From: Promethearchaeota archaeon
GTDB taxonomy: Archaea; Asgardarchaeota; Lokiarchaeia; Sigyniarchaeales; SOKP01
Length of the DNA stretch: 64,000 nt
Direction of reading: 5' to 3'
Assembly: GCA_019058245.1 (NCBI GenBank)
Contig: JAHPZJ010000028.1
Location: 128,001 to 192,000 of the forward strand
The translations under genes and the position numbers were made by a program. Position 1 is the stretch's first letter. Every line of letters starts with the position of its first letter. The notes under the pieces were generated by a model that saw only the letters and a list, made by a program, of their open reading frames with translations, did not search any database and was not told where the DNA came from. Of the stretch, positions 20,702-30,207 are shown piece by piece.

Positions 20702-21616
20702 TTGATAAAAATGTTATCAGATAATAGAGCAAGTTTAGTTGGTGGAAACGTAATACGAGGAATAGGTTATTTTCTCTTCATTCTAGGGATTATGATATTA
20801 ATTGGTCTCATAGTTGCTTTAAATGTATTTGGAATTCCGCTTAATGTACTGGTATTTATTGGAATTAGCATAATGACTTTTATAGGATTCATTTTTATGG
20901 GTTTATATATTATCCCAGAGTGGATTAAAATACCTACATTATTATTAGGAAAATTTAAAAAAATGCGAGGTCCAGGAGTTATGTGGTTATTTCCATTTAT
21001 TTATCGAATTCCATTTTCTCTCGATATGAGGATAATTACAACCACATTCTCTGCTGAGCAAACATTAACAAAGGATAATGTACCTGTAAATGTTGATGCT
21101 GTGTTGTTTTGGAAAGTTGTAGATGCGTATAAGGCTTCTCTACGTGTTCAAGATTATAGAACTGCAATTGCGTGGGCTGCTCAAACTTCATTACGAGATG
21201 TAATTGGAAAAACAGAGCTGAGTCAGATGCTTGCGGGCAGGGACGAAATATCGCATGACCTTGAAAGAGTAATTGATGAGCGAACTGAAGAATGGGGTGT
21301 TAAATCTATCTCAGTAGAAATACGAGATGTTATAATTCCAACGGCATTACAAGATGCAATGAGCAGACAGGCACAAGCAGAAAGAGAACGCCAAGCGAGG
21401 GTTATATTAGCTGGTTCTGAGGAACAAATTGCGAATAAATTTCTTAATGCCGCTCAAATTTATGAAAGAGATGAAACTGCCTTAAATTTAAGAGCAATGA
21501 ACATTCTTTATGAATCTATGAAAGAAAAAGGAGGATGGATTGTTGTTCCCTCAGATATGGTAAACATATTAGGGGGAAGATTCAAACATCTTGAAGATTC
21601 CAAAACAGATAAATAA
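20702..21616 (+). CDS. SPFH/band-7 (stomatin-like) membrane protein
   Basis: Motifs LTKDNVPVNVDAV, AQTSLRDVIG and AMSRQAQAERERQA. The start may be the ATG at 20711. Confidence 0.95.
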   Translation: MIKMLSDNRASLVGGNVIRGIGYFLFILGIMILIGLIVALNVFGIPLNVLVFIGISIMTFIGFIFMGLYIIPEWIKIPTLLLGKFKKMRGPGVMWLFPFIYRIPFSLDMRIITTTFSAEQTLTKDNVPVNVDAVLFWKVVDAYKASLRVQDYRTAIAWAAQTSLRDVIGKTELSQMLAGRDEISHDLERVIDERTEEWGVKSISVEIRDVIIPTALQDAMSRQAQAERERQARVILAGSEEQIANKFLNAAQIYERDETALNLRAMNILYESMKEKGGWIVVPSDMVNILGGRFKHLEDSKTDK

Positions 21617-21791
21617 TCTTTTTTTTTAGTTTCATTATGATTTGACAGGACTTCTATACTCCATAAAGTGTATTAAAATTATTTGGAACCAATTCATAGA
21701 AAATCATAGAACATTACTATTAAAAATAATTGAAGATATAGGGAAATAGGGGTAAAATATTACCAAATAATAATTGTTTTAAAAAAGGAAA

Positions 21792-22067
21792 ATGGAAAAA
21801 GATATAAAAAACGCAATTATAAAAAAATGCGAAACTGATCTTTCAAATAAAATCAATGAACTTATCCAAAAAGGGTTTTCAGTTTTTAATGCGATTGATG
21901 AATCTTTTAAAGAATATAAACTTGATGAAGAAATTATATTAAAATATGAATTTGAAATGATAAAAAAAGATAATAATGACAATAAAAATTTAGAGATATC
22001 ACCAGAACAAATTAATAAATTAATGGATGAAGTGAAAAAATTAGTCTATAATAAATTTATTGATTGA
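21792..22067 (+). CDS. Small hypothetical protein
   Basis: 91-aa ORF with genome-typical composition, filling an otherwise empty gap. Confidence 0.55.
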   Translation: MEKDIKNAIIKKCETDLSNKINELIQKGFSVFNAIDESFKEYKLDEEIILKYEFEMIKKDNNDNKNLEISPEQINKLMDEVKKLVYNKFID

Positions 22068-22294
22068 ATTAATAACAATATCTTTTAAATTTAACTTAAA
22101 TAATGAAAGGAAAGAGTTTCTGCTTTATTTATATTTTACTTGCATTAAATTCTCAATGTATATAATTTGCAAAACGCTTAAAAAAAGGGGATAATTAAGA
22201 TTGTAAAAAAGTATTTTTCTATATTTTGGTTATAAAATTGATTTGAACATTATCATCTTATTTTCAGAGATCTACGATTTTCATTATTAAACTT

Positions 22295-23218
22295 TCAAAT
22301 TAAACTATTTATTTCTTTTAATCTTGTCCTTAGAGTAATTTCAGAAATATTCGCTATCTTACATATATGTTTTTGTGTTCGAAATTCTCCATTTTTTTTT
22401 GATACATAATACAGAGATGCAGCAGCAATTCCTTTAGGGTCTCTTCCTGATGTTACTAGTCCTTTCATTTTACTCTCCTTAATAATTTTTATAGCATTAT
22501 TCCGACTATTTAGAGATAAATCTAATTCGTCATAAAATTTATCTATATAGTCTTGAGGTGTAAAATTGTGAAGTCTTATATTTAATACTGGAAGAATCTT
22601 GGCAAATAGTATATTATAACAAGAAACAAACATTTTTTTAGAAATTTGAAATGCGGAAACAAGTTCTCCAATTATTATTGGGATTTTGTGCCTTTTTAGC
22701 GCAAAATAAAGAGATGCACACAGTATTCCATTAATTGTTCTTCCTTTTGTTAGTTTTGCTTTAGCAGCAATAATATAGATCCTGAAAGTACTTTCGATAA
22801 TATATTTTGGAAGATTCAAATGAGTTTTGATCTGATCTAATTTCGATATTGCAATCCATAAATTCCTTTCAAGTCCATTTACTAAACCTCTATTTATTTT
22901 AGATAATCTTTTATAATTTCTTAAAGCAATTGGAGTTAAAAAATTTCCTTTCCCATCTGAATTACCCTTAATTATAGTACGAGGGCCAAATGGGGAACGT
23001 ACAGGTTCAAAATTAATAAAATTTTTTTTCTCCCCAAAATACATTTTCCGGTCAGGCTTATTAGAAATTATTCTAGATTGGATTATTCCACAATTTGTAC
23101 AAACTTCGTATCCATTAGAAGAAATTATATTTGGATTTGAACAACATTTTGGTTCTTCTTTTTTTAAAAATGCTCTATTGTAATTGTTTCTGGTTATTAA
23201 CTGTATTATTTTTATCAC
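22295..23218 (-). CDS. tfb: Transcription initiation factor IIB (TFB) paralog
   Basis: N-terminal Zn ribbon (CC...CTNC) and two cyclin repeats (ERNL, KGRT, SGRDPKGIAAASLY, SEITLRTR). Confidence 0.92.
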   Translation of the reverse strand: MIKIIQLITRNNYNRAFLKKEEPKCCSNPNIISSNGYEVCTNCGIIQSRIISNKPDRKMYFGEKKNFINFEPVRSPFGPRTIIKGNSDGKGNFLTPIALRNYKRLSKINRGLVNGLERNLWIAISKLDQIKTHLNLPKYIIESTFRIYIIAAKAKLTKGRTINGILCASLYFALKRHKIPIIIGELVSAFQISKKMFVSCYNILFAKILPVLNIRLHNFTPQDYIDKFYDELDLSLNSRNNAIKIIKESKMKGLVTSGRDPKGIAAASLYYVSKKNGEFRTQKHICKIANISEITLRTRLKEINSLI

Positions 23219-23238
23219 ACCTTATTTTAAAATTCAAA

Positions 23239-23454
23239 TTAATTTACATTAGTTAAAAATATTTTATTTGAAATATCGAATTTGTCCAGAATGATATGGG
23301 GTTTTTCATTAGACTTCTTAGACTTTAATGGAATTTTTAATTCAATTTTAAAATCCTCAATAAAATGATTTATAAAGATTTCTGAGGTCGATTTATCATA
23401 CTCTATAAAAACCTTCAATCTAAAATAGTCTTCTTTATAAGTCAATAATCTCAT
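23239..23454 (-). CDS. Small hypothetical protein between Lrp and TFB (start ATG 23454)
   Basis: The internal ATG (MRLLTYKEDY...) has AGGTGG 6 nt upstream and overlaps the Lrp C-terminus, which suggests an operonic gene. Confidence 0.55.
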   Translation of the reverse strand: MRLLTYKEDYFRLKVFIEYDKSTSEIFINHFIEDFKIELKIPLKSKKSNEKPHIILDKFDISNKIFLTNVN

Positions 23455-23956
23455 TCTTTTCCACCTTTTTGATACAATTACATGATCTAAAATAAAAGTC
23501 AACCGGGACGACGATTTCATTTATTATATCTGTTATAATATCTGTTTCAATTTCATTTACATTAGGATTATTTCTAAAATGAAAATTAACAATTTTATCT
23601 AAACCTTTCAATGTAGGATAAGCAATAATTATCATAAAATCTGAAATTCCACTTAATCTATATCCCTGGATCATATATGGACAGGATCCAATCATTTTTT
23701 TGATACTATTAGGATCTAATGATTGAAAACTTACCTTTGCTAAATAATAACCTGTGCTTTTTAGATTTAAACCTGCTTGAAATTGTAATATTCCCAATTT
23801 TTCAAGTTTTTTTATTCTCATTCCTACAGTTGGTTGACTCTTATTTATTCTTTGTGCAATTTGTGTATGGGTAGTAGTTGGATCTCTTTGGATAAAATCA
23901 ACAATTTTTTTATCAGTTTCATCTAAAATATATGTTTGGACAACCATAATGTTCAA
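23435..23956 (-). CDS. Lrp/AsnC family transcriptional regulator
   Basis: LDETDKKIV...IAQRINKSQPTVGMRIKKLEKLGI HTH plus a RAM-like domain (YRLSG.SDF). Confidence 0.92.
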   Translation of the reverse strand: MNIMVVQTYILDETDKKIVDFIQRDPTTTHTQIAQRINKSQPTVGMRIKKLEKLGILQFQAGLNLKSTGYYLAKVSFQSLDPNSIKKMIGSCPYMIQGYRLSGISDFMIIIAYPTLKGLDKIVNFHFRNNPNVNEIETDIITDIINEIVVPVDFYFRSCNCIKKVEKNEIIDL

Positions 23957-24025
23957 CTCATCTTCTTTTTGTTAGTTTTAAAGATTTTTTTTGTATCCAT
24001 TTTTCTAATCTTATTATAAAATAAT

Positions 24026-24071
24026 AATATTGCGATATTTAAATATTGCGATTTTGAAATATTATGATATT
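24026..24071. promoter_or_regulatory. Three tandem near-palindromic 14-bp boxes with 16-bp period (putative operator array)
   Basis: AATATTGCGATATT (24026), AATATTGCGATTTT (24042) and AATATTATGATATT (24058) between the divergent Lrp and ArsR genes. Confidence 0.6.
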
Positions 24072-24186
24072 CCAAATTCATTATATTTAAATTTATAAAG
24101 GATCTTATTTATATTGATAATACTCTGTCTATATTTGAGCCTCATTTAAATCATTAAGATAGAGAAAAATTAGTATATGGGGAATA

Positions 24187-24528
24187 ATGGGAATGGATGA
24201 ATTAACAGAAGCTACATCAGAATTTTTAAAAATATTAAGTGATCCTTATAAATTAGAAATTATTAAATTTCTAAAAAATGGAGAAAAAACATCAAAAGAC
24301 ATCGAAGATGTTTTAAACATTAGCCAATCTTACACATCTCAACTATTAAAACAATTAGTAAAAGCAAATATTATATCTCATAAACGAAATAAAAGTATTA
24401 AATACTACTTTATAAAAACAATTAATATTTTCAGAGTAATTTCTGCTGTTAATTCAATTGTTATTGAGTTACATAAAAATAAGTTTCAAAAATTAATTGA
24501 TTCAGATAATATTGAAAAATTAAAATAG
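24187..24528 (+). CDS. ArsR/SmtB family winged-helix regulator
   Basis: FLKILSDPYKLEII...ISQSYTSQLLKQL...KYY. Confidence 0.9.
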   Translation: MGMDELTEATSEFLKILSDPYKLEIIKFLKNGEKTSKDIEDVLNISQSYTSQLLKQLVKANIISHKRNKSIKYYFIKTINIFRVISAVNSIVIELHKNKFQKLIDSDNIEKLK

Positions 24529-24568
24529 CTAAAAAGGCTTTAAGGTATACAGTTTTTATTATTCGATT

Positions 24569-25111
24569 ATGTCTATAATCAATAAATCAAAAGAGAGGAA
24601 AATTCTAGTATTAGGATTAGAAAAAAGTGGTAAAACTACTATTATCTTAAATTTTATTGGAAAATTTATTTTATCTGATTATATCTCTTTAGAGGAAACA
24701 CATAATCCCAATATTATTAAATTAGAAAAAGATGGTTCAAAATTTACTATTTGGGATTTTAATGGTAAAGAAATTTATCGAAATGAATTTTTAAAGAATT
24801 TTAACGATTATATTACTAATACAAAAGAAATTTTTTACGTTATTGATATACAAGATATGAAGAGTTATGATTTGACATTTAATTTTTTACAACAAATTAT
24901 AGAAAAGCTGGAAAAATTTGCTATTAATGTAGAATTTACATTTTTTCTTCATAAATACGACCATAATTTTTTTAAACGGTTTCCAGACATTAGTAATGAA
25001 AGAATAGAACGTTTTATAGAAAGAATTAAAAACGTCATTCCTCCAGACGTTTTTTATGAAATTTTTAAAACAACAATTTATACAGTTTTAGATAAAACTC
25101 ATGTTTATTAA
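24569..25111 (+). CDS. Arf/Rag-like small GTPase (Asgard eukaryotic-signature type), divergent
   Basis: G1 GLEKSGKT, G3 WDFNG, YVID and G4 LHKYD. Confidence 0.88.
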   Translation: MSIINKSKERKILVLGLEKSGKTTIILNFIGKFILSDYISLEETHNPNIIKLEKDGSKFTIWDFNGKEIYRNEFLKNFNDYITNTKEIFYVIDIQDMKSYDLTFNFLQQIIEKLEKFAINVEFTFFLHKYDHNFFKRFPDISNERIERFIERIKNVIPPDVFYEIFKTTIYTVLDKTHVY

Positions 25112-25212
25112 AAGGGATAATGATCTTTTAAAGCTAATCGTTAAGGATTGCAATTTTGAAACATATACACCAATTTTTCAGTTTTACGTATTATATTATT
25201 TTTATAAACTTT

Positions 25213-25848
25213 TTATTCGTAATGCAAAATCCTAATGATCTCTGCAATATGATGGATTTTATCAATAAATTGTTCTAATGTAATAACAGTATCTCGAATT
25301 ACCAACAGATTTCTAATGTTTAAATCTTTATCTTTATAAAGATAATTTAAAAATTGATGAAATATTATATCTATTGAGTTAGCAAGCTCATGGATCTTAT
25401 TAATATTGTAATTTACCATATTGGGGTTTACTAAAAGCAATTTAATTGATTCTTTTAATAATTCTACCATTTGCAATATTGTATTAATTGATTTATGATA
25501 CAGTTCTTTCATTTCAGGTGTTACATCATTCAAATCTATGTACATTAATAGATCGACAAACTTTAAAGCTAAGTACGATAGGTTATCCATTTTCAGAATT
25601 AATGTAATAAATTCACCTGAACCTAGATTTGTAACTTCAGAAAAATTCTCTATTGTTTGATTTTTTATTGAATCTGCTTCTTCAATATCAAATTTCAATT
25701 TATTTAACTTTTTTTCTAGTATTTCTTTATTAATTTTTGAATTTTTCGCCCAAGCAATATAAAATACACCCATATCGCTAATAATCGAATAAACAACTCT
25801 TGAGTGATTAACAAGCATTTCGATTATCTCTTTTTTGACTTTTTCCAT
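25213..25848 (-). CDS. DUF47 / PhoU-like protein, paralog of 12333..12971
   Basis: Collinear with 12333..12971 (HSRVVYSIISDMGVFY vs HSRIIYSVLSDMGVFY); directly downstream of hppA. Confidence 0.85.
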   Translation of the reverse strand: MEKVKKEIIEMLVNHSRVVYSIISDMGVFYIAWAKNSKINKEILEKKLNKLKFDIEEADSIKNQTIENFSEVTNLGSGEFITLILKMDNLSYLALKFVDLLMYIDLNDVTPEMKELYHKSINTILQMVELLKESIKLLLVNPNMVNYNINKIHELANSIDIIFHQFLNYLYKDKDLNIRNLLVIRDTVITLEQFIDKIHHIAEIIRILHYE

Positions 25849-25913
25849 AATATCATTTCATCATTCATATATATTTTTAAAATTCATTTTATCTTTTTAA
25901 TAGAAAAATTGTT

Positions 25914-28010
25914 TTATAAAATTATTAATGCTCCAAAAGCAATGAAGATAGGAGCAAAAGCTATTGAAACCGTATTTATTACTTTGACAAGAATATGTAG
26001 GGATGGACCTGCCGTATCTTTTAAAGGATCACCGAATGTGTCTCCGACAATTGAAGCTTTATGCGCTACGGAACCTTTTCCCCCTAAGATTCCTCCTTCG
26101 ATTGCTTTTTTAGTATTGTCAAGAGCTCCTCCACCGGTATTTAAAACAAATCCTAAAATTATACCTGATATAGTGCCAGATATTATAAATGCAGCTAACG
26201 CGACAGGACCAAATAAAAAACCAAGAATAATAGGAGTTAAAGTAGGTAATAATGCAGGAACTATCATTTGCTTTAAAGCTACTTTAGTACCAGTATCAAT
26301 ACATTTCTCATAATCTGGTAATGATTTATTTTCAAGTATTCCTGGTTCTTCTTCAAATTGTCGTTGGATCTCTTTAATCATTCCATATGCTGCCACCCCT
26401 GCTGACCTAATTGCTAATGCAGAAAAAATAAAAGGAATCACTGCTCCGATTAGTAATGCACATAATATTACAGGATGATAAATATTAACATCAATAGTTT
26501 TAATTTCTTCTAAATAAGCTTCAAATAATATTATAGCAGATAATGCAGCGCAAGTAATACCAAATCCTTTTGCTAATGCTTTGGTTGTATTGCCTACAGC
26601 ATCTAACCTATCTAAGTTATATCGTACTTTTTCTCCTTGATGTGACATTTCTGCTATTCCAGCAGCATTATCAGATACGGGTCCAAAACCATCAAACGCC
26701 AATATTATAGTTGTAATTGATAATAATCCCATTGTTGCGACAGTTATCCCAAATACTCCTCCTAAATATGGATTAAAATTGTTCACTATCCCATATTGTT
26801 CACCAAGAAGAAATGTTATAATAATTGCTATAACAAATGAGATTACTGGAATTGTGGGAGATTCTAAACCTAAAGAAAAACCACTTATTACATTTGTAGC
26901 CGCACCAGTTTCAGAACTTTTTATAACATGTTTTACTGGTCTATATCTTGAGGATGTATAATAATCAACCAGAAAATAAGTTGATAATCCTAATGCTATT
27001 CCTAAAACGGAACAAATGAATAAATATTGCCAACCTGTTTGAAAGCAAATCAGTGTTAATATTAAGAAAATAAGTATATTAAATATTGCTGAAGCAGTAA
27101 GACTTCTTGCAAATGCCGCAATCGGAGATTTATCTTTTTCTTTAATCTTTACAAAATATCCACTTATCATACCAGTAACATTACCTAAAGCTCTTGAGAT
27201 TAAGGAAAAAATAATGAATAACGGATTATTTGTAATTGCACTTAAAGCTGCCCCAATCATCATTGCTGCAATGTTATTTGCTGAAGAAGATTCATAGAGA
27301 TCTGCCCCTCTACCTGCACAATCTCCAACATTATCGCCAACATTGTCGGCTATAGCTGCGGGATTCCTTATATCATCCTCGGGTAATCCATATTCTAATT
27401 TTCCTACTAAATCAGCTCCAATATCTGCTCCTTTTGTATATATCCCACCCCCTAATTGAGCAAAGAGAGCCGAAAAAGATGCTCCAAAAGCAAAACCAAC
27501 AATATTTTGAATATTGAAATTAGACAATAGGTATAAAATGCTAATTCCTAATAAAGAAATAGAAATTACTGAAACTCCAATTACCATTCCAGCATTAAAT
27601 CCTATTTTTAAAGCGCTATTCAGGTCCTTTTTACAAGCTTGTGTTACTTTTACATTTGATAAAGTTGATACAATCATACTGATATAACTTGCTATTAAAG
27701 ATGTTATTGCCCCAATTATAAATGATACCGCTAATGGTATATTAAAAATAAAAAGTAAGCCAGAAATAATTATTAAGACTATACTAATAGTTTTAAATTG
27801 CCTTTTTAGATAAGCATTAGATCCTAATTTGATTAAATCGTGTATTTTTACCATTTCTTCTGTTCCATTTTCTAAATTTGACAACTTTTTCATAAGCCAC
27901 ATTATATAAAATAATCCTAAAATGGACAATATAATTACTAAAACAAAAAATATCCAGTATAATGAAAGAAAATGGAAACTCACATTATTTACATTAAAGT
28001 CTACAGTCAT
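25914..28010 (-). CDS. hppA: Membrane-integral H+-translocating pyrophosphatase, K+-independent type
   Basis: Motifs GGGIYTKGADIGADLVGK, DNVGDNVGD and GDTFGDPLKDT. GNTTKA has Lys at the position that determines K+ independence. Confidence 0.97.
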   Translation of the reverse strand: MTVDFNVNNVSFHFLSLYWIFFVLVIILSILGLFYIMWLMKKLSNLENGTEEMVKIHDLIKLGSNAYLKRQFKTISIVLIIISGLLFIFNIPLAVSFIIGAITSLIASYISMIVSTLSNVKVTQACKKDLNSALKIGFNAGMVIGVSVISISLLGISILYLLSNFNIQNIVGFAFGASFSALFAQLGGGIYTKGADIGADLVGKLEYGLPEDDIRNPAAIADNVGDNVGDCAGRGADLYESSSANNIAAMMIGAALSAITNNPLFIIFSLISRALGNVTGMISGYFVKIKEKDKSPIAAFARSLTASAIFNILIFLILTLICFQTGWQYLFICSVLGIALGLSTYFLVDYYTSSRYRPVKHVIKSSETGAATNVISGFSLGLESPTIPVISFVIAIIITFLLGEQYGIVNNFNPYLGGVFGITVATMGLLSITTIILAFDGFGPVSDNAAGIAEMSHQGEKVRYNLDRLDAVGNTTKALAKGFGITCAALSAIILFEAYLEEIKTIDVNIYHPVILCALLIGAVIPFIFSALAIRSAGVAAYGMIKEIQRQFEEEPGILENKSLPDYEKCIDTGTKVALKQMIVPALLPTLTPIILGFLFGPVALAAFIISGTISGIILGFVLNTGGGALDNTKKAIEGGILGGKGSVAHKASIVGDTFGDPLKDTAGPSLHILVKVINTVSIAFAPIFIAFGALIIL

Positions 28011-28304
28011 CTTTTACAATATTCTCGAATTTAGTTTTATTCTTATTCAGATAATTGCCTTTATAAAGCTATGTATAAAATTTTTAAAATCAAATTACTC
28101 TAATAATTAGTAATATATTTTTGATAGAAAAGTCGTCTTAGAGCATCTAAATGATTAATAGTAAAAAATAAGGTTAAAGACCTAATTTTTAAAATCAGTT
28201 GAATAAAATTTCAAAAAACTAATTTTTTTTAAGGCATATCCTTATAACACTAAAAACAATAATAATCATTATAATTTTAACACTTACCAAGGTGTAATTT
28301 AAAA

Positions 28305-30014
28305 ATGAATGATGATGAAAAAGATCAAGAGATTGCATATTTTTCTATGGAAATTGCTTTAGAGAGTAGTTTCCCTATTTATTCTGGAGGTTTGGGAATT
28401 TTGGCAGGAGATACCCTTCGATCTGCTGCAGATATGGGATTACCTATGATAGCTATCACATTGACATACGATGCAGGATACTTCTATCAACAAATTGGCT
28501 CAAATGGAGAACAAATCGAAAAAGAAATGGAATGGGATTTTAGTAATGATTTTAAAAAAATTGACCAACAAGTAACTCTCGAACTACAAGATAAATTAAT
28601 TAAGGTTGAATCCTGGAGTTATGAAGTTATAGGGAGAAATGGGCATAAAATAACAGTCTTATTATTGGATACTGATCTTAATGAAAATGAACCTTGGCAA
28701 AGAAATTTAACACATATGTTATATGATGCGAATCCATTTCAACGAATAGCTCAAGAGATGATTCTTGGTATTTGTGGGTATAGAATGTTAGAAAAATTAG
28801 GATATGATAACATTAAAACCTATCATCTAAATGAAGGACACGCTGCTTTTTTAATCTTTGAACTTCTAAAAAAGTATAAAAATCTAGAAGAAGTAAAGAG
28901 ACATTGTGTATTTACAACTCATACTCCAGTAAAAGCGGGACTTGAGGAATTTGATTACAATTTGGTAAATGATGTATTTCGAAATCGTATACCAGATCAA
29001 ATCCATGAATTTGGAGGAAAAAACAAACTAAATATGACTATTCTAGCTTTAAATGCCAGTGGTTATATTAATGCTGTTTCAAAAAAACACTCTGAAATCT
29101 CAAAAAAAATGTTTCCAAACTATGAAATTAATCATATTACAAATGGAATTCATGTAGGATATTGGTTATCTCCATATATGAGAGATTTTTTAAATGAAGA
29201 ATTAACTCGAGATTGGCATCATAATATAAAACTTTTTGAGAACGCTTTGAATTTAGATAGCTATGAGTTATGGAGAGTACATAATAAAGCAAAAAGAAAT
29301 CTTATTGAATATGAGAATTCACATTCCTGGATTTTATTTGATAAAAATTTATTGACAATTGGTTTTTGTAGGAGAATTGCTGAATACAAGCGGCCTCTAT
29401 TAATTTTTAATGACCTTGAACGTTTAGCCAAAATTATCAAGAAAAAAGCACAACTAATTTTTGCTGGAAAAGCACATCCAGCAGATCTACAATCTAAAGA
29501 TTATATAAGAAAGATTCATGAATATAGTGATTATTTATGGAATTCATACGGTATAGGTCTTATATTTTTAGAAAATTATGAGATTTCACTAGCAAAATCA
29601 TTAGTGAGTGGAGTTGATTTATGGTTAAATAATCCTAGACGATATTTAGAGGCAAGTGGGACAAGTGGTATGAAAGCATCAATTAATGGTGTACTTAATT
29701 TTTCTACCTTAGACGGATGGTGGATAGAGGGTTATTTTATGTCTGATAAGAAAGCAGGATGGGCAATAGGTCCTGAACCATCTGATCCAAAAGCACAAAT
29801 TGCAGATGATTCTATAGATGTTGAAGATATGTATAATAAATTAGAAAGTGAAATAATACCTCTATTTTATCATAGTAGAGATGAATGGCAAGAAAGAATG
29901 AAATATGCAATTAGGTTGGGTGCATATTTTAATACAAATCGTATGATGGAAGAATATGCTTTGAAATCTTATAATTTGATAAAGCAGCGAATATGGAAAA
30001 GTAAAATTGATTAA
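28305..30014 (+). CDS. glgP: Alpha-glucan (glycogen/maltodextrin) phosphorylase, GT35
   Basis: Motifs YSGGLGILAGD, HLNEGH, FTTHTP and EASGTSGMK (PLP lysine). Confidence 0.97.
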   Translation: MNDDEKDQEIAYFSMEIALESSFPIYSGGLGILAGDTLRSAADMGLPMIAITLTYDAGYFYQQIGSNGEQIEKEMEWDFSNDFKKIDQQVTLELQDKLIKVESWSYEVIGRNGHKITVLLLDTDLNENEPWQRNLTHMLYDANPFQRIAQEMILGICGYRMLEKLGYDNIKTYHLNEGHAAFLIFELLKKYKNLEEVKRHCVFTTHTPVKAGLEEFDYNLVNDVFRNRIPDQIHEFGGKNKLNMTILALNASGYINAVSKKHSEISKKMFPNYEINHITNGIHVGYWLSPYMRDFLNEELTRDWHHNIKLFENALNLDSYELWRVHNKAKRNLIEYENSHSWILFDKNLLTIGFCRRIAEYKRPLLIFNDLERLAKIIKKKAQLIFAGKAHPADLQSKDYIRKIHEYSDYLWNSYGIGLIFLENYEISLAKSLVSGVDLWLNNPRRYLEASGTSGMKASINGVLNFSTLDGWWIEGYFMSDKKAGWAIGPEPSDPKAQIADDSIDVEDMYNKLESEIIPLFYHSRDEWQERMKYAIRLGAYFNTNRMMEEYALKSYNLIKQRIWKSKID

Positions 30015-30207
30015 TTGACTAAAAAAGTAATGGAATTTCTATTAAAAAGAAAAATACGCAGAATCTTAATAGAAGAATTATAGAATCTTTTCAATTAAAT
30101 TTTAATTTATAAAAATAATAGAATATCTTTAAGAATCAGATTTTTTTACTATTTTATAAATTTTATAAATATCTTTTGAAAAAAGATGAACAATTAAAAT
30201 TAATAGA

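Noticed and set aside
25804-26313. 169-aa plus-strand ORF
   Set aside because: Antisense shadow of the conserved hppA C-terminus, with no independent family features.
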